NCBI GenBank assembly: GCA_031370645.1
Contig: JANMQV010000083.1
Location: 1-23,613 of the forward strand
DNA: 23,613 nt
From: Candidatus Eiseniibacteriota bacterium
GTDB taxonomy: Bacteria; Eisenbacteria; RBG-16-71-46; SZUA-252
Direction: 5' to 3'
The translations under genes were made by a program, and so were the position numbers. Of the stretch, positions 10,293 to 18,328 are shown in pieces (the stretch's first letter is position 1; each line of letters begins with the position of its first letter). The notes beneath the pieces were generated by a model. That model was not told the DNA's origin and searched no databases. It saw nothing but the letters and a program-made list of their open reading frames with translations.

Positions 10293-11261
10293 TTGCGTCT
10301 CTTTGTCACCGGGGTGTCCGGCTTCGTCGGACGCCACCTTCTGGAGTCGTGGGGGCCGGGCGCCGAGTTCCATGGCGCCGACCGGGTACCGCTCGACGCC
10401 ACGCCCGGCGGCTCCGCGCTCGAAGGGCGGCTAGCGTCGTATCGCGCGCTCGACGTCACCGACGCGGTCGCCATGGCGGTGGCGGTTCGGGAGATTCGTC
10501 CCGACGTCGTGATCCACCTGGCGGCCCAGTCATCGGGCGCGGCCTCGCTGGTCGATCCCGTAGGGACCTATCGAGCGAACGCGCTCGGGGCGCTCCATCT
10601 GCTGGAAGCGGTCCGCGAAGGAGCGCCTGAAGCGACCTTGCTCCTCATCGGCTCCGCCGACGCGTACGGATCGGGCGGCGCGAGCGAGCGCATCCGCGAG
10701 GACGCGCCCTTTCGCCCGCGGAATCCTTATGGCTTGAGCAAAGCGGCTCAGGACGCGCTCGGCGCGCTCTACGCAGAAATCTACGGACTCCGTGTCGTCC
10801 GCACGCGCACCTTCTCCCACACCGGGCCGGGGCAGCGGCCGCAGTTCGCGCTTGCGGCGTTCGCCGAGCAGATCGCCCGCGTGGACGCCGGCGTTCAGCC
10901 CCCAGAGATCAAGGTGGGCACACTCGAAAGCGTGCGGGAGTATGGCGACGTCCGGGACGTCATCGCGGCCTATCGCGCGCTCGTCGAGCGGGGCGAACCG
11001 GGCGAGGCCTATAATGTCTGCACGGGGGAGGGGCACCGCCTTCGAGACCTGCTCGATCGGCTCCTGAAGCTCGCGGGCGTCGAGGCGAATGTTGTCTCCG
11101 ATCCATCGCGGGTCCGGACGCACGACGTCGATCACGTGGTGGGGGATCCCGCCAAGATCGCGGCGCGAACCGGCTGGGCGCCGCACATTCCATTGGAACG
11201 CACGCTGACCGATCTCTACCAGGACGCCCGGGCGCGCGTACGCCGCGAAACGGGCCGCTGA
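10293..11261 (+). CDS. GDP-4-keto-6-deoxy-D-mannose reductase (Rmd)-like SDR
   Basis: TTG start; GVSGFVG, HLAAQSS, GSADAYG, YGLSK, FSHTGPGQ; paralogous to the preceding gene. Confidence 0.85.
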   Translation: MRLFVTGVSGFVGRHLLESWGPGAEFHGADRVPLDATPGGSALEGRLASYRALDVTDAVAMAVAVREIRPDVVIHLAAQSSGAASLVDPVGTYRANALGALHLLEAVREGAPEATLLLIGSADAYGSGGASERIREDAPFRPRNPYGLSKAAQDALGALYAEIYGLRVVRTRTFSHTGPGQRPQFALAAFAEQIARVDAGVQPPEIKVGTLESVREYGDVRDVIAAYRALVERGEPGEAYNVCTGEGHRLRDLLDRLLKLAGVEANVVSDPSRVRTHDVDHVVGDPAKIAARTGWAPHIPLERTLTDLYQDARARVRRETGR

Positions 11262-11268
11262 GGAACCG

Positions 11269-12573
11269 ATGCGAATCGTCGTCGTAGGAACGGGATTCGT
11301 GGGCCTCGTTACCGGTGCCGGGTTTGCCGACTTCGGGAACGAAGTGCTCTGCGTCGATGTCGATCCCGCGAAGATCTCGAAACTCGAACGGGGCCAGATC
11401 CCCTTCTACGAGCCGGGGCTCCTGGACCTCGTAGCGCGAAACGTTCGCGAACGGCGCCTCCGCTTCGGCACGTCGCTCGAAGAGGCGACGAAGTGGGGCG
11501 AGGTCATCTTCCTCTGCGTCGGCACCCCGTCTGGCCCGCGCGGCGAAGCCGACCTGAGCCAGGTCTTCGCCGCGGCGAAAACGATCGCGGGCGCCCTCCC
11601 GAGTCACCGCCTCATCGTGCAGAAGAGCACGGTCCCCGTCGGGACGAACGAGCGGCTCTTCGCCTTCATCAAGAAGCAGGCGAAGCGCGGCGCCAAATTC
11701 GACGTCGCCTCGAATCCGGAATTCCTGCGTGAGGGGACGGCGGTCGATAACTTCATGCGCCCGGACCGAATCGTGATCGGCGCCGACACCCCGAAGGCGA
11801 GGACGATGCTTCGCGATCTCTACCGGCCGCTCTACCTCATCGAAACACCGGTGGTCGTGACGAGCGTTCGAACGGCGGAACTGATCAAGTACGCCTCGAA
11901 CGCGTTCCTGGCGACGAAGATCTCCTTCATCAACGAGATGGCCAATCTGGCCGACGCGCTCGGCGCCGACGTCCACGACGTCGCGAAGGCGATGGGACTC
12001 GACCGCCGCATCGGACCGAAGTTCCTCCACCCAGGCCCCGGCTACGGCGGCTCGTGCCTTCCCAAAGATACGATGGCGCTCCGGCACTTCGCGTCGGACG
12101 TCGGCGTGCCGATGCGGGTCGTCGGCGCCTCCATCGAGGCCAACGACGCGCAGCTCGACGTGGCGGTGGAAAAGGTGCGTTCGCTCTTGAAGGGGCGCGC
12201 CCCCCACACGGTGGCCGTGCTCGGGCTCTCCTTCAAACCGGAGACCGACGACATGCGGGCCGCCCCCTCGCTCGGCATCATTCAGGCGCTGCGGCGTCGG
12301 AAGGCGCACGTCCGGGTGTACGATCCGGTCGTTCGGGAGACGACCCCGGGCGCACCGAAGAACGTCCTCTACGCGGCGAACGCGTACGACGCGGCCAAGG
12401 GAGCCGACGTGCTGGTCATCGTGACCGAGTGGAACGAGTTCCGGCGGCTCGATCTCGTCCGCATCCGCCGCGTGATGCGCCGGAGAGCGATCGTCGATCT
12501 GCGCAACGTCTACGACCCTCAAGCGGTTCGCCGTTTGGGTTTCGCCTACACATCGGTCGGGAGGCCGGCATGA
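11269..12573 (+). CDS. ugd: UDP-glucose/GDP-mannose family 6-dehydrogenase
   Basis: GTGFVG, CVGTP, KSTVPVGT, SNPEFLREG, KYASNAFLATKISFINE, GYGGSCLPKD (catalytic Cys), FKPETDDMR; GAGG SD upstream. Confidence 0.93.
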   Translation: MRIVVVGTGFVGLVTGAGFADFGNEVLCVDVDPAKISKLERGQIPFYEPGLLDLVARNVRERRLRFGTSLEEATKWGEVIFLCVGTPSGPRGEADLSQVFAAAKTIAGALPSHRLIVQKSTVPVGTNERLFAFIKKQAKRGAKFDVASNPEFLREGTAVDNFMRPDRIVIGADTPKARTMLRDLYRPLYLIETPVVVTSVRTAELIKYASNAFLATKISFINEMANLADALGADVHDVAKAMGLDRRIGPKFLHPGPGYGGSCLPKDTMALRHFASDVGVPMRVVGASIEANDAQLDVAVEKVRSLLKGRAPHTVAVLGLSFKPETDDMRAAPSLGIIQALRRRKAHVRVYDPVVRETTPGAPKNVLYAANAYDAAKGADVLVIVTEWNEFRRLDLVRIRRVMRRRAIVDLRNVYDPQAVRRLGFAYTSVGRPA

Positions 12574-13031
12574 AGCTGATCCAGGGTGTTACCGTGAAAC
12601 CGCTCCGGTTGATCCCGGACGAACGCGGCTATTTGATGGAGATGCTCCGAAGCGACGATCCCTTCTTCCAGAAATTCGGCCAGTGCTACGTCTCGGTGGC
12701 CTATCCGGGCGTGGTGAAGGGATGGCACTACCACAAGAAGCAGACCGATCACTTTGTGATCGTGAAGGGAATGATGAAGGTCGTGCTCTACGACGAGCGC
12801 GACGGGTCGCCCACGAAAGGCCAGATCAACGAGTTCTTCATGGGCGAGAAGAATCCGGTCTTGGTCGTGATTCCGAACGGCGTCTGGCACGGGATGAAGT
12901 GCATCGGCACCGAGCCGGCCATGCTCATCAATACGCCGACCGAGTCGTACCACTACGCCGATCCGGACGAAGTGCGGGCCGATCCCCACAAGAGCCACAT
13001 TCCGTACGACTGGTCGCGAAAGGACGGATAG
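12570..13031 (+). CDS. dTDP-4-dehydrorhamnose 3,5-epimerase family cupin (short RmlC/SpsL-like)
   Basis: Start at ATG 12570 (ATGA overlap, GGGAGG SD); DERGYLME, YPGVVKGWHYH, DERDGSPTKG, IPNGVWHG. Confidence 0.9.
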   Translation: MKLIQGVTVKPLRLIPDERGYLMEMLRSDDPFFQKFGQCYVSVAYPGVVKGWHYHKKQTDHFVIVKGMMKVVLYDERDGSPTKGQINEFFMGEKNPVLVVIPNGVWHGMKCIGTEPAMLINTPTESYHYADPDEVRADPHKSHIPYDWSRKDG

Positions 13032-13038
13032 AACGAGC

Positions 13039-14070
13039 ATGGCGAAGGGCCTCGATCTCTCCCGCTCGCGCGTCCTCGTCACCGGGGGCGCCGGTTTCAT
13101 CGGCTCGAACTTCGTGCACCACCTCCACCGCGCGGCGCCGCAGGCGGGGATCACGGTGCTCGACAAGCTGACGTACGCGGGGAATCCGGCGAATCTGGAG
13201 CCGATCCGGAACGATCCCGGCTTCCGATTCGTGAAGGGCGACATCTGCGACGACGCGGCCGTGAAGGACGCGATGGCGGAATGCGACATCGTCGTGAATT
13301 TCGCGGCCGAGACGCATGTCGATCGTTCCATCGAGAGCCCGAAGGACTTCATCCTGACCGACACGATCGGCGTCTACGTCCTCCTGGAGGAGGCGAGACG
13401 CGCCGGGGTGAAGCGCTTCGTGCAGATCTCGACGGACGAGGTCTACGGCGAGATCCTCACCGGCGAAGCGACCGAGGAATCGCCGCTCCTCGCGCGAAAT
13501 CCCTACTCGGCGTCGAAGATCGGCGGCGATCGCCTGGCCTACGCCTACTTCGCCACCTACGGCACGCCGACCATCGTCACGCGATGCAGCAACAACTACG
13601 GGCCGTACCAATTCCCGGAAAAACTGATTCCCCTCTTCGTGACGAACGCCATCGAAGGGAAAGAACTTCCGGTTTACGGCACGGGCACGAACGTTCGTGA
13701 CTGGATCCACGTGGAGGATCACTGCCGCGCGCTCGTCGCGCTCCTCGAGGCAGACGACGTGGAGGGAAAGACGTTCAACATCGCGGGCGGGAACGAACGC
13801 TCCGTGCTCCAGATCGCGGCGGCGATCCTGAATCAGTTGAAGAAGCCGTCCACGCTGTTGAATCACGTGAAGGACCGACCCGGCCACGATCGCCGCTACG
13901 CCATCGACGCGTCGCGCCTCGCCGCGGCCACCGGATTCCGACCCGCCACGCCGTTCGAGAAGGGGATCGCCGACACGATCGACTGGTACGTCTCCCGCCG
14001 CGACTGGTGGGAGTCGATCCGCTCGGGCGAGTTCCGCCAGTACTACGAACGGACCTACGGGTCCCGCTAA
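13039..14070 (+). CDS. rmlB: dTDP-glucose 4,6-dehydratase
   Basis: GGAGFIG, DKLTYAGN, AAETHVDRSI, STDEVYG, PYSASK, NNYGPYQFPEKLIP, DRPGHDRRY. Confidence 0.96.
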   Translation: MAKGLDLSRSRVLVTGGAGFIGSNFVHHLHRAAPQAGITVLDKLTYAGNPANLEPIRNDPGFRFVKGDICDDAAVKDAMAECDIVVNFAAETHVDRSIESPKDFILTDTIGVYVLLEEARRAGVKRFVQISTDEVYGEILTGEATEESPLLARNPYSASKIGGDRLAYAYFATYGTPTIVTRCSNNYGPYQFPEKLIPLFVTNAIEGKELPVYGTGTNVRDWIHVEDHCRALVALLEADDVEGKTFNIAGGNERSVLQIAAAILNQLKKPSTLLNHVKDRPGHDRRYAIDASRLAAATGFRPATPFEKGIADTIDWYVSRRDWWESIRSGEFRQYYERTYGSR

Positions 14071-14082
14071 CAAGCGCCCCTC

Positions 14083-15537
14083 GTGCGCCGGCTCGTAAGA
14101 TCCACCGCGATCCTCGGGCTCGGCTCGATCGCCGCGGTCGTCGCCGCGATCTTCCGCTCGAAGATCCTCGCCTCCTGGCTCGGGCCCGAGGGGACCGGGC
14201 TCCTCGCGCAGCTCTCCACGCTGACGGCGGTGCTCGTCCCGCTCGCCACGCTCGGCATCGGGAGCGGTCTCGTCACGCTCATCGCCGAGGCGCGCTCCCG
14301 AAACGACGTGGAGCGGATTCGCCGGGTGGAGGCCGCGGGACGGACGATCGCGTGGGCGTTGGGAGGCGGGCTCGCCCTCGGCGCGATCATTCTTTCTCCG
14401 TGGCTCGCGAAGGGGATCTTTCGCGACTCCTCCTTCGCCTGGGCCGTGGCGCTCGGTGCGGCGTCGGTTCCGTTCTCCGCCGTGGCGTCGGTTCGGATCT
14501 CCATGCTCCAAGGGCACGAGGCCGTCCGCTCGAACGCGATCCTCAGCACGACGATCGCCCTCGCGGGAATCGCCACGATCGTCCCGCTCGCCTACTTCTT
14601 CGGCGTGCGCGGCGCGGTGGCGCAGTTGGTTGTCATCACCGCCATTTGGGCCTGGTGGGCCGGGCGGCTCCTGGCGCCGCACACGGCACCCGGTCCCCGG
14701 CCGTGGGGTGTCGATCGTTCCCTCTGGCGTCCGCTTCTCCGCTACGGCATCGCGGCGCTCATGGTGGGGCTCTCCTCCACGCTCACACTGCTCGTGCTCC
14801 GCTCCATCCTCGTTGGAAGGCTCGGACTCGCGCAGAACGGGATTTACCAGGTTTGCGTCGGCGTCTCCGGAATGGTGATGCCGCTCATCCTCAACTCGAT
14901 CACCGCCACGGTCTGGCCAGAGATCGCGTCGAAGACGCGCGATGAGGACGCGGCCGAGCCGATGCGAAGCGCGGTCCGTCTCGGGTTTCTCCTCACGACG
15001 GCGATCCTCTCGGGACTCCTCATCGGGGCGCCCATTTGGGTCCCGCTCTTCTATTCCGGGAGGTTCGTTCCCGCGCTCGATCTCCTGCCGATCCAATTCC
15101 TCGGCGATTACTTCCGCTGCGCGGCATGGATGTTCGGCATCTGGCTCGTGCCGCGCGAGCGCCTCCGCCCGTGGGTTCTCTTCGATCTCGTCTACGGCGC
15201 CTCGCTGCTCGTGGCGTTCCTGATCCTTGTGCCGCGGCTCGGATTGAAGAGCGTAGTGATCGCCTACACCATCGCGCACATCACGCACGCGGTGCTCCAC
15301 TACTGGCTGGCGCGCCGCCGCGTTAAGTTCCGGCTCGGGCCGGCGAACCGACGGCTCCTGCTCGCGTCGTTCGCGCTCCTCGCGGGGCTGGCCGTCTGGA
15401 CTCCGAAGACGCTGCCCCAAGTCGGGCTGGGCATGGTGGCATGGGTGGTCTGGACACTCCTCGTCGTGCGGCCGCACGAGTGGCAGGGGATCTGGCGGCG
15501 CGCGAAGGGGTTCCTGCCCGGCGGCCGAGCGGCGTGA
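14083..15537 (+). CDS. wzx: Wzx-type oligosaccharide flippase (MOP/PST family)
   Basis: GTG start; many hydrophobic helices; N-terminal RSKILASWLGPEGTG and central LGLAQNGIYQ segments typical of O-antigen translocases; glycan cluster context. Confidence 0.85.
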   Translation: MRRLVRSTAILGLGSIAAVVAAIFRSKILASWLGPEGTGLLAQLSTLTAVLVPLATLGIGSGLVTLIAEARSRNDVERIRRVEAAGRTIAWALGGGLALGAIILSPWLAKGIFRDSSFAWAVALGAASVPFSAVASVRISMLQGHEAVRSNAILSTTIALAGIATIVPLAYFFGVRGAVAQLVVITAIWAWWAGRLLAPHTAPGPRPWGVDRSLWRPLLRYGIAALMVGLSSTLTLLVLRSILVGRLGLAQNGIYQVCVGVSGMVMPLILNSITATVWPEIASKTRDEDAAEPMRSAVRLGFLLTTAILSGLLIGAPIWVPLFYSGRFVPALDLLPIQFLGDYFRCAAWMFGIWLVPRERLRPWVLFDLVYGASLLVAFLILVPRLGLKSVVIAYTIAHITHAVLHYWLARRRVKFRLGPANRRLLLASFALLAGLAVWTPKTLPQVGLGMVAWVVWTLLVVRPHEWQGIWRRAKGFLPGGRAA

Positions 15538-15632
15538 CGCCGCCGCCAGGGGAGAATCGACCCCCCGGAGCCGGCGATTCGCGGGGCTTTCCACGGGGCG
15601 CGACGCGTGGCATCATGGAACGCTTGAAACCA

Positions 15633-17258
15633 ATGCGAAATCGTTCGTTCCAGCCCTGGCCGCGGTATCTGGCCCTCCTCCAAATGGGGCTTTTAGCGCT
15701 GCTCGCCGTTTCGGCGCCGCCGTTCACGCGTGCCGCCATGAGCGCGAACGGCGCCGACCCGAGCGCCGCGGCAGCCGCGAATGCGCCGGTCGCCTCGGGC
15801 GATGTCCCTGCGTTCGCCGGCCGAGTCGACCTCGATACCTATCGGGTCGGGCCGGGGGACGAATTCGCCTTCCGCTCTTCCGATCTCCTCGACCCCAAGA
15901 TTCTCCGCGTCGGCCCGACCGGCGAGATCATTCTTCCCGATGCCGGCTCGATTGCGGTCGCGGGGTTGACGCTCCGTGAAATGGAAGCGCGCGCGCGCGA
16001 AATCCTCCGTCCCTTCATTCGCGGAAAGGGCTTCGTTCTGACCCTGGCCCGGCCGAGGCGATTCCGCGCGGTCGTGGTTGGGGACGTCGTTCGCCCCGGC
16101 GCGGTGCTCGTGCAGGCGCCGGTCCGTGCCTCCGACGCGATCGAGGCGGCGGGAGGTGTGGGCCCGGGTGGCGCGCGGCGTGGCATCGCCATTCTTCGCG
16201 GCGCCGACTCGGTCTGGGTCGACTTGGTCCGTTTCGAGCGGACCGGAGATCTCGACGTGAACCCGCTCGTCTTCGAGACCGACGTGATTCTCGTTCCGCC
16301 GTCGGTCCGGCATGTCGAGATCATGGGCGCGGTCGCTCATCCGGGCTGGTACGACCTGGCTCCCGGAGACCGCGCGAGCACGCTGATCGCGGTCGCCGGC
16401 GGGCTCCTGGCCCGTGCCGCACGCGATCGGATCACGCTCAGCCGCCAATCGGATCCCCGGCATCGGGAGGAGTTCTCCGTCGCGGCACCACCCGCGGGCG
16501 GAAGCGGAAGCGTAACCGGCGACCCGGCCCTCGTGGGCGGCGATCGCCTCCTGGTGCCCGAACGTGCTCATGGGGAGGAGAGCGCTCGCGTCGAGATCCT
16601 GGGAGAAGTCCTGCTTCCCGGCCCGTACGGAATCGTCGACGGCGTCGATCGCCTCGGCACCCTCTTCGCGCGGACGGGCGGATTTACGGAATGGGCCGAC
16701 AGCAACGCGATCCGAATCGAGCGAAGTTCCGACTCCGCGGTTCGCGATTCGGCGTTTCTCCGGCTCGCTCGGGAGCAGGACGCCCTCGTCCCCGCCGCGG
16801 AACGCGACTACGTGATCGCGCGGAGCCGAGAGCGCGCCGCCTTCAGCCTCTCCGCCGACGGGTGGGCGCGATCGGGGCACTCGTGGGAAGCGTGGAAGGA
16901 GATCCCGCTCCTCGACGGCGATCGCATCATCGTGCCGCGCGCTTCGCGAACCGTCATGGTTCAGGGCGAGGTGATCGCGCCGGGCCACGTGCCGTTCGAG
17001 CCCGGCAAGGGAGTCAGCGACTACGTGAGCGCCGCCGGAGGGTACACGGGCCGCGCGAACCGGGGACGCACTCGGATCACGCTCGCAACCACGGGACGTC
17101 CCGTCGATGCCGGCGATATTCGCGAGCTCCATGGCGGCGACATCATCTGGGTGCCGGCGCACGAGCCGCGGAGCCCGTGGGGGGTGTTCCGCGAAGTCCT
17201 GACCACCGCGGCTCAGGCGGCGACGATCTACCTGGTCGTGCGGCAGGCCACGAAGTGA
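15633..17258 (+). CDS. Polysaccharide export protein with Poly_export and multiple SLBB domains (OPX/Wza/KpsD-like)
   Basis: YRVGPGD, I-V-G-T-E Poly_export signature (IAVAGLTLREME), four GxVxxPG SLBB repeats with AGG/TGG motifs, C-terminal amphipathic helix. The start is uncertain (ATG 15615, 15633 or 15684). Confidence 0.85.
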   Translation: MRNRSFQPWPRYLALLQMGLLALLAVSAPPFTRAAMSANGADPSAAAAANAPVASGDVPAFAGRVDLDTYRVGPGDEFAFRSSDLLDPKILRVGPTGEIILPDAGSIAVAGLTLREMEARAREILRPFIRGKGFVLTLARPRRFRAVVVGDVVRPGAVLVQAPVRASDAIEAAGGVGPGGARRGIAILRGADSVWVDLVRFERTGDLDVNPLVFETDVILVPPSVRHVEIMGAVAHPGWYDLAPGDRASTLIAVAGGLLARAARDRITLSRQSDPRHREEFSVAAPPAGGSGSVTGDPALVGGDRLLVPERAHGEESARVEILGEVLLPGPYGIVDGVDRLGTLFARTGGFTEWADSNAIRIERSSDSAVRDSAFLRLAREQDALVPAAERDYVIARSRERAAFSLSADGWARSGHSWEAWKEIPLLDGDRIIVPRASRTVMVQGEVIAPGHVPFEPGKGVSDYVSAAGGYTGRANRGRTRITLATTGRPVDAGDIRELHGGDIIWVPAHEPRSPWGVFREVLTTAAQAATIYLVVRQATK

Positions 17259-18328
17259 GGGACGACCGCGCGGCGCTCCTCGACGTGATCCGCAGGCGCT
17301 CCCGCTTCCTGATCCTGAATGTGGTCGCGGTAACGCTTCTCGCGCTGGTGGTGAGTCTGCTCCTTCCGAAATGGTACGGCGCGCGAGCGGTGCTTCTTCC
17401 GCCCACGGAGGACGACCTCGGGACGAGCGCGTTCAGTCAGCTCTTCCCGCGGGGAGTCGGCGGCATGCACATCCCCGGGGCACCGACGCTCGGAGACCTC
17501 TTCGTGTCGGTCTTGAAGAGCCGCACCGTCGCCGACCGAATCATCGAACGCTTCGATCTCGTGAAACGCTACGACGTCCGCGACCAGGAGATGGCCGCCA
17601 AGGAGTTGAATGGGCATGTCCGGTTCCGGGTGGGGGACGAGGGGACGATCGAAATCTCCGCCGAGGATCGCGATCCGAAGATGGCGGCGGCGTTGGCGAA
17701 CGCCTACGTCGAGGAACTCGATCGGTTCAACAAGGAGAGCCGCTCCACCTCGGCGAATCGCACGCGCGCGTTCATCGAAAGCCGGCTCGACCTCGCGAAG
17801 CACGATTTGGCGGCGTCGGAGGATCGCCTGCGGGAGATGCAACAGCGGCGCCATATCGCCGCGGTCTCGCCCGCGGCGCAAGGAGAGGCGGAAGTCGGCG
17901 CCAGCCTCATGGCGCAGAAGATCGCGCTCGAGGTGAGGCTGCAAGTGTTGCGTCAGTCGCTCGACGACTCGAGCGAGGAAGTGCGGCGTGTGAGGCAGCA
18001 ACTCGCCGCCCTCGATCGCCAGGTCTCGGGGATGCCGGGTGCCGGTGTCGAGGTGATGCGGCTCTGGCGCGACGTGAAGGTGCAGGAGCAGGTTTTTGAG
18101 TTACTCACCGCCCAGTTGGAAGAAGCCCGTATCCGCGAAACGCGCGACACGCCGACCGTCCAGGTGCTGGACCGGGCCTTGCCGCCGATCCACAAGTCGC
18201 GGCCGAAGCGCGCCTGGATCGTGTTGGGCGGATTCTTCATCGGACTTTTCGGGAGCGCCTCGGTCGTTCTGCTCCGAGAGCGGCGGCCCGCGAAGAACCC
18301 CGGCGGAAGCGAATTGCCCGCGAGCTAA
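17255..18328 (+). CDS. Wzz/GNVR-type polysaccharide co-polymerase (chain-length regulator) without kinase domain
   Basis: GTG at 17255 overlaps the previous stop. N-terminal TM followed by PKWYGARAVLLPP, LKSRTVA, a coiled coil, then VLDRALPPIHKSRPKR plus a C-terminal TM. Confidence 0.9.
   Translation: MRDDRAALLDVIRRRSRFLILNVVAVTLLALVVSLLLPKWYGARAVLLPPTEDDLGTSAFSQLFPRGVGGMHIPGAPTLGDLFVSVLKSRTVADRIIERFDLVKRYDVRDQEMAAKELNGHVRFRVGDEGTIEISAEDRDPKMAAALANAYVEELDRFNKESRSTSANRTRAFIESRLDLAKHDLAASEDRLREMQQRRHIAAVSPAAQGEAEVGASLMAQKIALEVRLQVLRQSLDDSSEEVRRVRQQLAALDRQVSGMPGAGVEVMRLWRDVKVQEQVFELLTAQLEEARIRETRDTPTVQVLDRALPPIHKSRPKRAWIVLGGFFIGLFGSASVVLLRERRPAKNPGGSELPAS

Noticed and set aside
10960..15594. 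520-aa and 888-aa minus-strand ORFs
   Set aside because: Mirror-frame shadows of ugd, rmlB and wzx with R/G/D-rich composition and no domain signatures.
15538..15632. Imperfect inverted repeat (GAATCG...CGATTC) between wzx and the export gene
   Set aside because: Weak stem with no T-tract; cannot be supported as a terminator or ncRNA.
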